Assembly: GCA_965215265.1 (NCBI GenBank)
Contig: OZ244048.1
Span: forward strand, 1,024,001-1,088,000
Length of the DNA: 64,000 nt
Direction of reading: 5' to 3'
DNA from: Candidatus Poribacteria bacterium
GTDB lineage: Bacteria > Poribacteria > WGA-4E > WGA-3G
This document shows, piece after piece, positions 1 to 10,276 of the stretch (the stretch's first letter is position 1; each line of letters starts with the position of its first letter). The position numbers and the translations under genes are program-made. The notes beneath the pieces are model-generated. The model ran no database searches. It was not told the origin of the DNA and saw only the letters and a program-made list of their open reading frames with translations.

Positions 1-91
1 GCGGTGGTTAGGGCAGGATTGCCAAGCAGGGCAGGGGGCATCCCCTCTTATCCAGCAAATCTATAAATCCTGATTCAGACAACCAAAGGAG

Positions 92-1267
92 ATGCCAATG
101 CAAAACAACGAAGTTCTTGTTGAAGATTACATCCAGACAATCCGGCAAAAGCATCAGATAAAACGTTCTAAGTGGTTACCCCACGGCACTGTTCCGGTTA
201 TTAGCCAAGGTCGTGAGTTTATTTCGGGTTACATAAATGACACAGAAGGGATTTATGATGGCGATTTACCAGTGATTGTGTTTGGTGAGCATACTTGTAC
301 CTTAAAATATGTGGATTTTCTATTCGCAATAGGGGCGAATGGGACTCGATTGATACGACCAAAGACTTCAGACTTCGACATCCGTTACCTCTATTATTCA
401 TTACGAAACTTGCCTTTAGAACCCTACGGTTACCAAGCACATTTTAAGTATTTGAAAACCTCCAAAATTTCGTGTCCTCCGATGCCTGTCCAACATAAAA
501 TCGCCGCAATCCTCGGTAACTACGACGACCTCATCGCAAACAACATCCGCCGCATCGACATCCTTGAGGAGATGGCACGAATCCTCTACCGAGAATGGTT
601 CGTCCGCTTCCGATTCCCCGGACATGAGAATGTGAAAATGGTAGACTCGGAATTGGGAAGGATACCACAAGGATGGGAGATAAGAGAACTTGGAGATTTA
701 GCGGCATCTATTAGGCAACATGTAAAACCGAGTCAGGCTGACCCGAGGACACCCTATTTAGATCTAAGCCATTTCCCCAGAAAATCAATTGCTCTCTCAA
801 AGTGGGATGTCGTTGATGGCGTTAAAAGTACATCATTGCGATTTAAGAAGGGCGAGATTCTTTTCGGAAAGATTCGCCCGTATTTTCACAAAGTCGGTGT
901 TGCTCCACTAGATGGTATTTGTTCGCCAAGCACAATCGTGATCCGTTCCCTAAAAAATGAATGGTTTTCAATCGTTCTTGCCTCTGTTTCTAGTGCACAC
1001 TTTATTGATTATGCCACAACTGTTTCACAAGGCGGAACGATGCCAAGTGTTGATTGGAAAGTTCTCGTAAAATATCCTATTGTCATTCCGCCTCTCCAAC
1101 TAGCTCGGCAGTTCAACAAACTCGTCCAAGATAAAGTTGACAACATTCATAATCTAATTTTTCGAAACAGAAACCTCCGCCAAACCCGTGATCTCCTCCT
1201 CCCCAGACTCATCTCCGGGGAGATTAACGTATCCGAACTGGATATTAAGACGAATGGCATCCAATAG
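92..1267 (+). CDS. hsdS: Type I restriction-modification specificity subunit
   Basis: Two TRD-like regions, each followed by conserved helices (QHKIAAILGNYDDLIANN...LYREWF; LRQTRDLLLPRLISGEI); AAAGGAG RBS upstream. Confidence 0.9.
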   Translation: MPMQNNEVLVEDYIQTIRQKHQIKRSKWLPHGTVPVISQGREFISGYINDTEGIYDGDLPVIVFGEHTCTLKYVDFLFAIGANGTRLIRPKTSDFDIRYLYYSLRNLPLEPYGYQAHFKYLKTSKISCPPMPVQHKIAAILGNYDDLIANNIRRIDILEEMARILYREWFVRFRFPGHENVKMVDSELGRIPQGWEIRELGDLAASIRQHVKPSQADPRTPYLDLSHFPRKSIALSKWDVVDGVKSTSLRFKKGEILFGKIRPYFHKVGVAPLDGICSPSTIVIRSLKNEWFSIVLASVSSAHFIDYATTVSQGGTMPSVDWKVLVKYPIVIPPLQLARQFNKLVQDKVDNIHNLIFRNRNLRQTRDLLLPRLISGEINVSELDIKTNGIQ

Positions 1268-1648
1268 ACCGCAGATGAGACAGACATCCCATCTTTATAG
1301 CAACTTTGAAAAAAGAAAAGTTTTCTATTTTCAACGCTCTGCTCCGAAGTTAGAAAACCTCTATCTTCTTACTTTAATATTAGTTGACAGAAGACTAAAC
1401 AGGCCTCTATTCAAAATAAGTTTCACTTGTCAGAAACCTTGTAATTGTGGTATAATATTTATCCAACAGAAGGGTTGAGGATGTTTTTCCAGACTTTCGG
1501 TGCAGAATACCAGAAACGACAGAGATGCGTCAGTTTCAGACAATAATTTGTAAGCCCATTTTCGTCCGGCAAGCTCACCTCACCGGCTGCCCGTTCGCAC
1601 AAAAAGAGACACATTAACGTCAATTGGGATTATAGAGAGGAGGCAAAA

Positions 1649-3046
1649 TTGAGCAGACCCAATATTTTATTTATTATGTCCGACGACCACGCGGCACATG
1701 CGATGAGTTGCTACGGGAGCCGTATCAACAAAACTCCGAACTTGGACCGGATTGCAAATGGCGGCATGATTCTCCACAACTGTTTCTGTGTCAACTCCAT
1801 TTGCACGCCCAGTCGCGCTAACATTCTGACAGGGAAGCATAGTCACCTGAACGGTGTCAAAACTTTGGCTGACAATATTGACGGCAGAAAGCCAAACGTT
1901 GCAAAAATGCTTCAAGCTGCGGGCTATCAAACAGCGATGGTAGGGAAGTGGCATCTCGGGCACGGTGGTGTCTCTGACCCGACAGGTTTCGACTATTGGA
2001 ACGTTTTACCCGGACAAGGACTCTATCACGACCCAGTGATGCTTGAACCGGATGGGAAGAAAACGCATAAAGGTTACACCACGGATATCATCACGGATTT
2101 CTCTCTGGAATGGCTGCAGCATCGAGACAGACAGAAGCCGTTTTTCATGATGTGTCACCACAAAGCACCGCACCGCCCCTGGGATTCAGATGAAAAGCAC
2201 GCACAGATGTTTGAAGACCACGATGTCCCGCTACCTGATACCTTCTTTGACGATTACGCAAATCGGGCAAATGCCGCGAAGGAAGCGAAAATGCGGGTCT
2301 TCGGGGATATGAATGAGAGAGATCTGAAGATTGACAAACTTGGACCGCCACCCGACGGTTTATCAGAGGAAGAATTGGCGAACTGGCATTACCAACGTTA
2401 TATCAAGGAATATCTCCGTTGCGTCGCCTCCATTGATGATAATGTCGGAAGAATGCTTGACTATCTCGAGGCTGATGGAGTTGCAGACGATACTATAGTG
2501 ATTTATACCTCCGACCAAGGGTTCTTTTTGGGGGACCACGGCTGGTACGATAAGCGGTTCATGTACGAAGAATCGCTGCGGATGCCGTTTATTGTTCAAT
2601 ATCCGAGAGAAATTCAGCCCAGGAGTTCGTGCGACGCGATGGCATTGAACATTGACTTCGCTGAGACGTGGCTTGATTATGCAGAATGCCCGATTCCAGA
2701 CGATATGCAAGGACGCAGCCTCCGTCCTCTGTTTAACGGCAAAACACCTAACGATTGGCGTACGTCAATGTATTATCGTTACTGGATGCATCTCTCCCAC
2801 CACTACGTTGCAGCACATTACGGGATCCGGACCGAGCGATACAAACTAATTTACTACTACGGCGAGGCACTCGGTACATCCGGATCGGTTGATGAGTCCA
2901 AACCACCGGAATGGGAACTTTTCGACCTGCAGAAGGACCCGCATGAAATGCACAGCGTTTACCACGACACCGCATACGCGGACATTGTCAAGGAATTAAA
3001 AACAGAGTTGTACCGGCTGAAGGCAGAAGCACAGGATGAGGAGTGA
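1649..3046 (+). CDS. Formylglycine-dependent sulfatase
   Basis: RPNILFIMSDDH, CTPSR (CxPxR) motif, GKWHLG, YTSDQG; GGAGG RBS before a TTG start. Confidence 0.93.
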   Translation: MSRPNILFIMSDDHAAHAMSCYGSRINKTPNLDRIANGGMILHNCFCVNSICTPSRANILTGKHSHLNGVKTLADNIDGRKPNVAKMLQAAGYQTAMVGKWHLGHGGVSDPTGFDYWNVLPGQGLYHDPVMLEPDGKKTHKGYTTDIITDFSLEWLQHRDRQKPFFMMCHHKAPHRPWDSDEKHAQMFEDHDVPLPDTFFDDYANRANAAKEAKMRVFGDMNERDLKIDKLGPPPDGLSEEELANWHYQRYIKEYLRCVASIDDNVGRMLDYLEADGVADDTIVIYTSDQGFFLGDHGWYDKRFMYEESLRMPFIVQYPREIQPRSSCDAMALNIDFAETWLDYAECPIPDDMQGRSLRPLFNGKTPNDWRTSMYYRYWMHLSHHYVAAHYGIRTERYKLIYYYGEALGTSGSVDESKPPEWELFDLQKDPHEMHSVYHDTAYADIVKELKTELYRLKAEAQDEE

Positions 3047-3168
3047 GGATGGCACCCTTCACTAACAGCCCGCGAAGCAGAGCAAAATGTCTCTATTTTA
3101 GAGACAACTCTAGGAAACCAGCAATCTACTGATGAACTTTATGTAAGTCCTATAAACGGAGGCATAAG

Positions 3169-4185
3169 ATGGAAAAACTGAATCCATTGGAGAACATTGA
3201 GCCCGGGATTAAGGTTACCGCGCAGATGTCCCCGGAACCGAGCGACGCAGATTTGCAATTTGTCAAACAGATGGACGTTGAATATGTCGTTCTCTGGACG
3301 AACGGTGAAAATGCAAATTACGACTATTTTATGAGTCGACGCGAGATTTTCGAGAACGCAGGGCTGAAAATCTACGGATTCGGCAACAGTGATGTTCACA
3401 ATCAGGACGGAATTGTACTCAATCTGGAAAACCGGGACGCGAAGGTCGAACAGTACAAACGGTACATCCGCGATTTAGGTAGAGCCGGCATCCCTTACAC
3501 GACGTACGCCCACATGGGCAACGGTATTTGGAGCACCGAGCGCGAAACAACTCGCGGCGGCGCAAGCGCAAGGGCATTCAACCTAGACACCGCACAAGAA
3601 GGATACTGGGGCGGGAAAACCTATCCCATGCCGTTCTCACACGGACGAGAATACAGCGAGGAAGAGCTGTGGGACAACTATACCTACTTCATCAAGCAAG
3701 CCGCACCTGTCGCTGAGGAGGCAGGCGTTATGATAGGCATCCACCCGGATGACCCGCCGTCTGTAAAACTCGCAGGAATTCCGAGATGCATCTTTAGTAG
3801 TTTTGACGGATACAAACGGGCACTTGAAATCGCGGATAGTCCAAATGTCGGAATGTGCTTCTGCGTCGGGTGTTGGTTAGAAGGCGGAGAATTGATGGGC
3901 AGAGATGTGCTTGAGTCCATTCGATACTTCGGTGAACGTGGCAAGATCTTCAAAGTGCATTTCCGCAACGTCGATCAGCCACTACCACACTTCGTCGAAA
4001 CGTTTGTCGACAACGGGTATCAGGATATGTATCAAGTCGCAAAAGTACTCCGCGAGGTTAACTTCAACGGTGTGATGATTCCGGACCACATTCCACAGAT
4101 GGCCGGAGACCATCGCGTGGGAACGGCGTATACAATTGCATACATGAATGCCCTGGTAAAGCGCGCAAACGAGGAAGTGCAATAG
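3169..4185 (+). CDS. uxuA: Mannonate dehydratase family protein
   Basis: IHPDDPP, FCVGC, VHFRNV, IPDHIP and AYTIAYM motifs typical of UxuA. Confidence 0.8.
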   Translation: MEKLNPLENIEPGIKVTAQMSPEPSDADLQFVKQMDVEYVVLWTNGENANYDYFMSRREIFENAGLKIYGFGNSDVHNQDGIVLNLENRDAKVEQYKRYIRDLGRAGIPYTTYAHMGNGIWSTERETTRGGASARAFNLDTAQEGYWGGKTYPMPFSHGREYSEEELWDNYTYFIKQAAPVAEEAGVMIGIHPDDPPSVKLAGIPRCIFSSFDGYKRALEIADSPNVGMCFCVGCWLEGGELMGRDVLESIRYFGERGKIFKVHFRNVDQPLPHFVETFVDNGYQDMYQVAKVLREVNFNGVMIPDHIPQMAGDHRVGTAYTIAYMNALVKRANEEVQ

Positions 4186-4271
4186 CCACTCGTGCCTACA
4201 AAGTGGAGCCGCCTAACCAAATTCCGGGCAATAGCCGCTTTCACGACAGTTAGGAAAGGATTTTTTACCAA

Positions 4272-4856
4272 TTGACTATGGATTTACAACAGATTAACAT
4301 CAAGGTTTTTGCAACCGAAGATAGCCGTATCAACTACACCCACTTCATCAAGGTCTTCAACCGATGGATGGATGAAGGTGAACAAGACGATTACCTTAAT
4401 TATGCCGATTACTCGCACGTTGATGCGGGGCCAGGCGTGCTGCTGATTTCCAAGCGTGCGAATTATAGCATCGATAACGCCTGGCATCAGCCCGGTTTCC
4501 TCTATAACCGGAAGCACAACGTAGATGGCGATAATTCTGAAAAGATTCGCCAAGCCCTTACGAAAGTACTCACCAAATGCAAACAGCTTGAGGCATCTGC
4601 CGAGTTGGAAGATGCAGTACATTTCAACGGCATGGACATCCTATTTATGGTGAACAACCGGCGCATCGCACCTAATACACCAGAGACAGCCGGGGCAATT
4701 CAGACAGCCCTTACCCCAGTGCTACAGCAGATGTACGGTAGTGACGATTTCACAGTCGAACGGACTTCAGAGGATGCACGGGAAAGATTCGCGCTTCGGA
4801 TTTCTGCCAACTGCAATAAATCGATTTCGGAACTTCTCTCGAATTTGGGGGGTTGA
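4272..4856 (+). CDS. Hypothetical protein, translationally coupled to moeB
   Basis: 194-aa ORF with AAAGGA RBS; stop lies 1 nt before the moeB ATG. Confidence 0.7.
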   Translation: MTMDLQQINIKVFATEDSRINYTHFIKVFNRWMDEGEQDDYLNYADYSHVDAGPGVLLISKRANYSIDNAWHQPGFLYNRKHNVDGDNSEKIRQALTKVLTKCKQLEASAELEDAVHFNGMDILFMVNNRRIAPNTPETAGAIQTALTPVLQQMYGSDDFTVERTSEDARERFALRISANCNKSISELLSNLGG

Positions 4857-4857
4857 G

Positions 4858-5664
4858 ATGTTTAATTTCACCAATGAACAAATTGAGCGGTACAGCCGGC
4901 ATATTATTCTGAAAGAAGTCGGGGGGATGGGGCAGACACGGCTGCTTGAATCAAAAGTGCTACTCATTGGCGCGGGCGGACTCGGTTCACCGGTGGGAGC
5001 CTACCTCGCTGCAGCAGGTGTTGGGACACTCGGCATTATCGACGACGATGTGGTTGATTTAAGCAATTTGCAGCGTCAAATTTTGCACGGGACTAGCGAC
5101 ATCGGTACCCCTAAAACCAAATCGGCGGCAGCCACTATCACTGAAATGAATCCGGATGTAAAGGTAATACCGTACAATGAACGAATCAACTCAGAAAACG
5201 CCTTTCGCATCCTGGAACAATACGAGCTAATTGTGGATGGGTGTGACAATTTACCGACACGGTATCTGCTCAACGATGCCTCGGTTATGCTGGGAAAACC
5301 GATTGTGCATGGCAGCATCTTCCAATTTGAGGGACAGGTGACCGTTTTTTATCCGGGCAAGGGACCTTGTTATCGATGCCTTTATCCGGAACCGCCCCCG
5401 CCCGGGATGGTGCCGAGTTGTCAAGAAGCCGGTGTCTTCGGCGTGCTGCCCGGGATTATCGGCACGATTCAAGCCGTTGAAGCGATTAAGATTCTGTTAG
5501 ACATCGGAGACGCTTTAATTGGCAGCTTGTTGCTTTTTAATGCGTTAACGATGGATTTCAAAAGATTAAAGCTACGTCAGGATGAAAAGTGCCCGATGTG
5601 TGGCGAGAATCCGAGTATCCACGAGTTAATCGATTACGAGGAATTCTGTCAGGTCCGGTGGTAA
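4858..5664 (+). CDS. moeB: MoeB/ThiF-family adenylyltransferase
   Basis: ERYSRHIIL, GAGGLG, DLSNLQRQ, CYRC and CPMC zinc ligands; start placed at ATG 4858. Confidence 0.9.
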   Translation: MFNFTNEQIERYSRHIILKEVGGMGQTRLLESKVLLIGAGGLGSPVGAYLAAAGVGTLGIIDDDVVDLSNLQRQILHGTSDIGTPKTKSAAATITEMNPDVKVIPYNERINSENAFRILEQYELIVDGCDNLPTRYLLNDASVMLGKPIVHGSIFQFEGQVTVFYPGKGPCYRCLYPEPPPPGMVPSCQEAGVFGVLPGIIGTIQAVEAIKILLDIGDALIGSLLLFNALTMDFKRLKLRQDEKCPMCGENPSIHELIDYEEFCQVRW

Positions 5665-5720
5665 CGAAGCCCGCGGAAACAGTTAGTGGCTCGACGATTT
5701 GGCGGCGTTTTATGCCTCTG

Positions 5721-6482
5721 TTACACCAAAACTCCTCGCCGGATAGACGAATCAATGAACAGCGAGTCTCCACCGTCAATGGTTAATTCCAACCCTGTCA
5801 CCCATGCCGCCTCGTCGGAGCAGAGCCACAGTGCAGCGTAAGCGACATCAATCGGATTGCCGAGTCGTTCTAACCGGGGCGCGCAGGGCACGATTGGCCC
5901 TTCTGGCAGCGGCTCCCAAATAATGCCTGGACATAATGCATGCACGCGGATGTTCTTCTCGTACAGTTCTTTCGCCAAGTTCTTCGCGGCCGCAACCATC
6001 CCAGCTTTCGCAGCAGCATAAGCCGTATTCGCATCTTGCCGGACGCGTTCGCCGGCTGATATCGTAATAAGGCATCCACAGCCTTGTTCTTCTAAAATCG
6101 GAATAACTCTCTGCACAAGGTTGAAAAAGGTTCGCAAATTGTTTTTTAATGCTCCATCCCAATACGTCGGTTCCATCGCAACAATATCGTGCGCGGTAGA
6201 AAAAAAACCGCCAGCGGCGTGGATAATACAGTCAATACCCCCAAACTCAGCCACCGCTGCATTGATGAGAGTATCTACCTGTACCGTGTCCGCCAAATCG
6301 GTTTGATGTGTGAGGACGGCTCCACCGTTGGCACGAATTTGCGCCGCCGTTTCTTCCATCGCCCTTGTTGTGCGTGCTGCGAGCACGATGTTGGCACCCT
6401 CCTGTGCAAACAGGAGTGCTGCAGCTCGGCTCATATTTGAGCCAGCCCCGCCGATTAATGCAACCTTCTCTTTCAAACGCAT
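5721..6482 (-). CDS. SDR family oxidoreductase
   Basis: Rossmann N-terminus (KVALIGGAGSNM), YAAAK catalytic motif, IRVHALCPG. Confidence 0.88.
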   Translation of the reverse strand: MRLKEKVALIGGAGSNMSRAAALLFAQEGANIVLAARTTRAMEETAAQIRANGGAVLTHQTDLADTVQVDTLINAAVAEFGGIDCIIHAAGGFFSTAHDIVAMEPTYWDGALKNNLRTFFNLVQRVIPILEEQGCGCLITISAGERVRQDANTAYAAAKAGMVAAAKNLAKELYEKNIRVHALCPGIIWEPLPEGPIVPCAPRLERLGNPIDVAYAALWLCSDEAAWVTGLELTIDGGDSLFIDSSIRRGVLV

Positions 6483-6545
6483 GTTTTGATGTTCCTTTGA
6501 CGTTATCATACAAAATGAACTGGAACAAGCGAATATTCTGCGGCC

Positions 6546-7463
6546 CTATCTTTCTTCGACACATGCCCGCAATGCTGGTTCGAGCGTCTGATATTGAAAT
6601 GTATAACCGCTTGCCTCAGTTTTCTCTGGTAGTACCTGTTGGCTAAGTAAGACAAAATTCGCAAACTCGCCCATCATTACCTTTAAGGCAATTATGGGCA
6701 CCGGAAATAGCGTCGGGCGCCTCAGCACTGAACCCAGCGTTTTGGTAAATTCAGTATTTCTAACGGGGGCAGGTGCTGTGGCATTCAGGGAACCGCTTAT
6801 CTCGGGGTTTTCCAAAACGTGTAGAATGATTCCGACAACATCATCAACATGAACCCACGACATCCACTGATTCCCTCGCCCCAATTTGCCACCGACTCCC
6901 ATTTTAAAGGGAGGCAGCACCTGCTTTAACAGTCCACCCTCTCTTCCGAGTACGAGCCCAATCCGTACCAAAACGACGCGAATTCCGAGTGCTTCCGCTT
7001 TCAGTGCCTCCGTCTCCCACTCTTTGCATACGTTCGCGAGAAAATCGCTGCCGGAGGGCGAGGTCTCCGTAAGTTGTGCGTCCCCGCTTTCTCCATAGTA
7101 TCCGATTGCTGAAGCACAGACAAGTACCGCCGGTTTGTTCTGTGCATCCGCCAGCGAATTAACAAGACAGCGGGTTGAGAGAATCCGGCTATCCCGGATA
7201 CGCAGCTTTTTCTTAGCATTCCATCTGCCCGCGATAGTCTCACCCGCAAGATGTACCACTGCTGTCACTTCTGAGGTTGCCTCTGGAGGAAGTAAATCCG
7301 TTGACGCATTCCAACCGTAAACAGTTTTTGCTGCGCTTAATGCGGTGTGTGCGCGTGCTGGATTGCGCGATATCCCTATAATCTCATCGCCTTTTCCCAC
7401 TAACGCATCACAGACACGTTTACCGATAAATCCTGTAGCACCTGTAACCAATACAGTCGCCAT
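6546..7463 (-). CDS. TIGR01777-type NAD-dependent epimerase family protein
   Basis: VTGATGFIG, HLAGE..RW, ASAIGYYG, WMSWVHVDD. Confidence 0.9.
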   Translation of the reverse strand: MATVLVTGATGFIGKRVCDALVGKGDEIIGISRNPARAHTALSAAKTVYGWNASTDLLPPEATSEVTAVVHLAGETIAGRWNAKKKLRIRDSRILSTRCLVNSLADAQNKPAVLVCASAIGYYGESGDAQLTETSPSGSDFLANVCKEWETEALKAEALGIRVVLVRIGLVLGREGGLLKQVLPPFKMGVGGKLGRGNQWMSWVHVDDVVGIILHVLENPEISGSLNATAPAPVRNTEFTKTLGSVLRRPTLFPVPIIALKVMMGEFANFVLLSQQVLPEKTEASGYTFQYQTLEPALRACVEER

Positions 7464-7529
7464 AGTTTAGTCCTCCGTTTTGGAAATACGCCCAGCAGGC
7501 AGAGAGAGATTCAGCCTTAAAAGACGCGG

Positions 7530-8258
7530 TTAAGTGAAAAGGTTCTTAATAACAGTTTCGAGTTGACGATAATCGTCAACCACAGCGTCGCTCAGGATAG
7601 TATCCGTTTCGCTTTGGTTAAATCCACAGAATCTAATCGCCTTCATTCCGGCATTCTTCGCACCTATAATATCAGTTCGGACAATATCGCCAATATGCAC
7701 TGCCTCACTCGGTGCAGCACCAAGCTGCGCCAGCGTTGAATGGAATTGCATCACCTCAGGTTTGGTATGTTCAGTTTCATCCGAGAACGTGAACACCTTA
7801 AAGCATTGCAAAATACTATCGCGTTCCATTAACCGACGTGCAAAACTCCCCGGTGTCAACGCCGAATCTGAGATAACGCCAAGCGGATAACACTGGCTGA
7901 GTGCGGCGACAACTGGTTTTACATGCGGAATTAGCAGCGGGGGTGATTCCAAAAACACCTCCCCCAACAGTGAAACCAGGCGCGTTCTTTCTCTTTCATC
8001 GAGCGGAAGGTTTAGCGTCTCAGCAAATCGCACCATGCACGTCTCTACGGAGACTCCTAAATGTTCGTGCCACCGTACACTCGTCAAATCATACGCAGCA
8101 TCAACCCCGACTTGCACTTCATCCAGTGTGCAAGCATATCCTCGGCTAGCCAGATAAGCATGGAAGCGACTTACACGCATCTGCTGCCGTGTGTGCCAAT
8201 TCTCGTAAGAATCTGCATACAGTGTTTGCCAAAAGTCAAACGTTATCGCTTTGAGCAT
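7530..8258 (-). CDS. HAD-superfamily hydrolase
   Basis: ITFDFWQTL motif I, KP motif III, HIGD...DIIGA motif IV. Confidence 0.88.
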   Translation of the reverse strand: MLKAITFDFWQTLYADSYENWHTRQQMRVSRFHAYLASRGYACTLDEVQVGVDAAYDLTSVRWHEHLGVSVETCMVRFAETLNLPLDERERTRLVSLLGEVFLESPPLLIPHVKPVVAALSQCYPLGVISDSALTPGSFARRLMERDSILQCFKVFTFSDETEHTKPEVMQFHSTLAQLGAAPSEAVHIGDIVRTDIIGAKNAGMKAIRFCGFNQSETDTILSDAVVDDYRQLETVIKNLFT

Positions 8259-8512
8259 TGAATCTCCCTATTTTCTTGGCAGCCTTGTTTGAAAGGCCCT
8301 TGCATACTACACTCAATTTTTTTTAACTACGTCCGCTTGCGCGCTTGTTTCACCCATCTCTTCATATCGTAGCGATTTCTCAAACGGAATCCTGCTATAG
8401 AAGCACCCCGGAGCTATCGCCTCAGTTCAACTGTCCAGATGTTTTTAATTGTAGCACCATTCTAGGGAAATGTCAATTGACGAAATGCAAGAATGTAAGA
8501 ATAAAAATAAAC

Positions 8513-8541
8513 TTGAAAAGCTGTCTCGAACATGGTATAAT
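8513..8541 (+). promoter_or_regulatory. sigma70-type promoter of the histidine kinase gene
   Basis: TTGAAA-N17-TATAAT. Confidence 0.6.
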
Positions 8542-8600
8542 ATTAATAGAACTAAAATATTTGAGGTATTAAACGAAAACGATTTGTCCAAAGGGATGCT

Positions 8601-10106
8601 ATGTTACGGTTGAATCGTGGAATCATCCCAAGTTATGCGACCGGCCACTTGATGCTAATTTACTTTGTCGTCGGATTGGGGACGCTGATTGTCGCCTTTG
8701 CATATTATACGCGACAAATTGCGCAACTGGATGCAGATATTGAAGCACAAGTTGATATCTTCGTTAACCTCGCAGTGTTGTTGCCGAGCGTAGAAGACAG
8801 AACACTGCAGGAGAAATTGATTCAGATCGTCAAGCAGGAGACGCTCGCAGCAGACAGAACTCGTCAATTTTCATTCATCATTACTGATGCCCAAGGCGCA
8901 CCACTAATCGCGCGAGGTATCAGCCCTGAATTTGATGATAAGGTCAACCAAACTGAACGCATCTCGTTAACAGAAGAGGAGGCACATCTCCTCGAAACAA
9001 CCTTGGAGCGCATGCGGAAAAAGAATCCGCCACGTAAAATACCGCATTTTGTCAAAGATAGAAAGGTATATGGTAAAATCTATTACGGTGATGTCGCACC
9101 GAGTGCGCTTGCACACATTCCGTTTGTACTCACTGATACGACCGGAATGCCACAGAAATGGCAGATCTGGGGTGATATTGTGACAGTAGACAACGCAACT
9201 GACACAGAAATCGAACGTGCACGGATCTTTGTCCAAAATGCCCCGGCGGCTGCAGAGCTGCAGACGACACCGACGCAGCACCAAGGTACCATCTATTATG
9301 AGACGAAGCGATATTACAAGTTAAAGTTTATAACTCCCTTGTTGCTCTGTGTCGCGTTTCCCACTGTCGGTATCGTCTGTTTGCTTATCTATAGACGAAT
9401 TAAGGCTTATGAAACTGCCGCCGTGTGGGGCGGTTTAGCAAAGGAGACAGCACATCAGTTGGGTACACCTATCTCTGCGCTACTTGCATGGACAGAACTG
9501 CTGTGCGAGCGGGGCCGAGAAACACATGATGCCACACTGGCACAACTCGCAGCCGACATGCAAGGAGACATCCACCGGCTGCAGAAAACGACTGACCGGT
9601 TTGGGATGATTGGGACACAACCGCCTATAACCGATGTTGAACTTGAGGAAGTATTTAGCGAAGTACTCGCATATTTTGAGAAACGGCTGCCCCATGCCGG
9701 GAATCGCCGCGTTCAGATAGAATTCATCCCATGTGAGAGCCCGGCAGTGCAAGGCAACGCCCACCTCTTACAGTGGGTCTTTGAAAACTTAATTCGTAAC
9801 TCATTGGATGCCATGGATAAACGCGCCGGCCGCATATCCATAATGCCTCACTATGATAAACGAAGGACAGAGATCGTGGTGAAGTATACTGATAATGGCA
9901 GAGGCATCCCGCGCCGGATCCGACGCAAGATTTTTGAACCCGGGATGAGCACCAAAGTACACGGATGGGGACTTGGGCTAACAGTAGTACGGCGTATCCT
10001 TCACGAATACCATCACGGAAGCATTCGACTGCTTGAAACCGGAGAGTCAGGCACAACCTTTGAAATTCGACTGCCTACCGCGTCTAACTCTCACAATAAG
10101 GATTAA
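8601..10106 (+). CDS. Membrane sensor histidine kinase
   Basis: Two TM segments; H-box ETAHQLGTPIS, N-box ENLIRNSLDA, DNGRG, GWGLGL. Confidence 0.92.
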   Translation: MLRLNRGIIPSYATGHLMLIYFVVGLGTLIVAFAYYTRQIAQLDADIEAQVDIFVNLAVLLPSVEDRTLQEKLIQIVKQETLAADRTRQFSFIITDAQGAPLIARGISPEFDDKVNQTERISLTEEEAHLLETTLERMRKKNPPRKIPHFVKDRKVYGKIYYGDVAPSALAHIPFVLTDTTGMPQKWQIWGDIVTVDNATDTEIERARIFVQNAPAAAELQTTPTQHQGTIYYETKRYYKLKFITPLLLCVAFPTVGIVCLLIYRRIKAYETAAVWGGLAKETAHQLGTPISALLAWTELLCERGRETHDATLAQLAADMQGDIHRLQKTTDRFGMIGTQPPITDVELEEVFSEVLAYFEKRLPHAGNRRVQIEFIPCESPAVQGNAHLLQWVFENLIRNSLDAMDKRAGRISIMPHYDKRRTEIVVKYTDNGRGIPRRIRRKIFEPGMSTKVHGWGLGLTVVRRILHEYHHGSIRLLETGESGTTFEIRLPTASNSHNKD

Positions 10107-10275
10107 CACGGCCTAAAGCGGCTCTGACGAGATTTATATAGGTGTTATCAAAGCATACGCCTTTATAGTACTTCAGTAGACAAAAAAGGATTAACACGGC
10201 CTAAAGCGGCTCTGACGAGATTTATATAGATGTTATGAAAGCATACGCCTTTATGGTACTTCAGTAGACAAAAAA
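10098..10275 (+). repeat. Two tandem 88-bp copies containing the palindromic-element right arm
   Basis: aaggattaacacggcctaaagcggctctgacgagattt...cagtagacaaaaa begins at 10098 and 10186; fills the whole gap between kinase and regulator. Confidence 0.9.
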
Positions 10276-10276
10276 C

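Noticed and set aside
4741-4857. N-terminal extension of moeB in the ORF track
   Set aside because: Overlaps the upstream gene; MoeB-like sequence starts at ATG 4858
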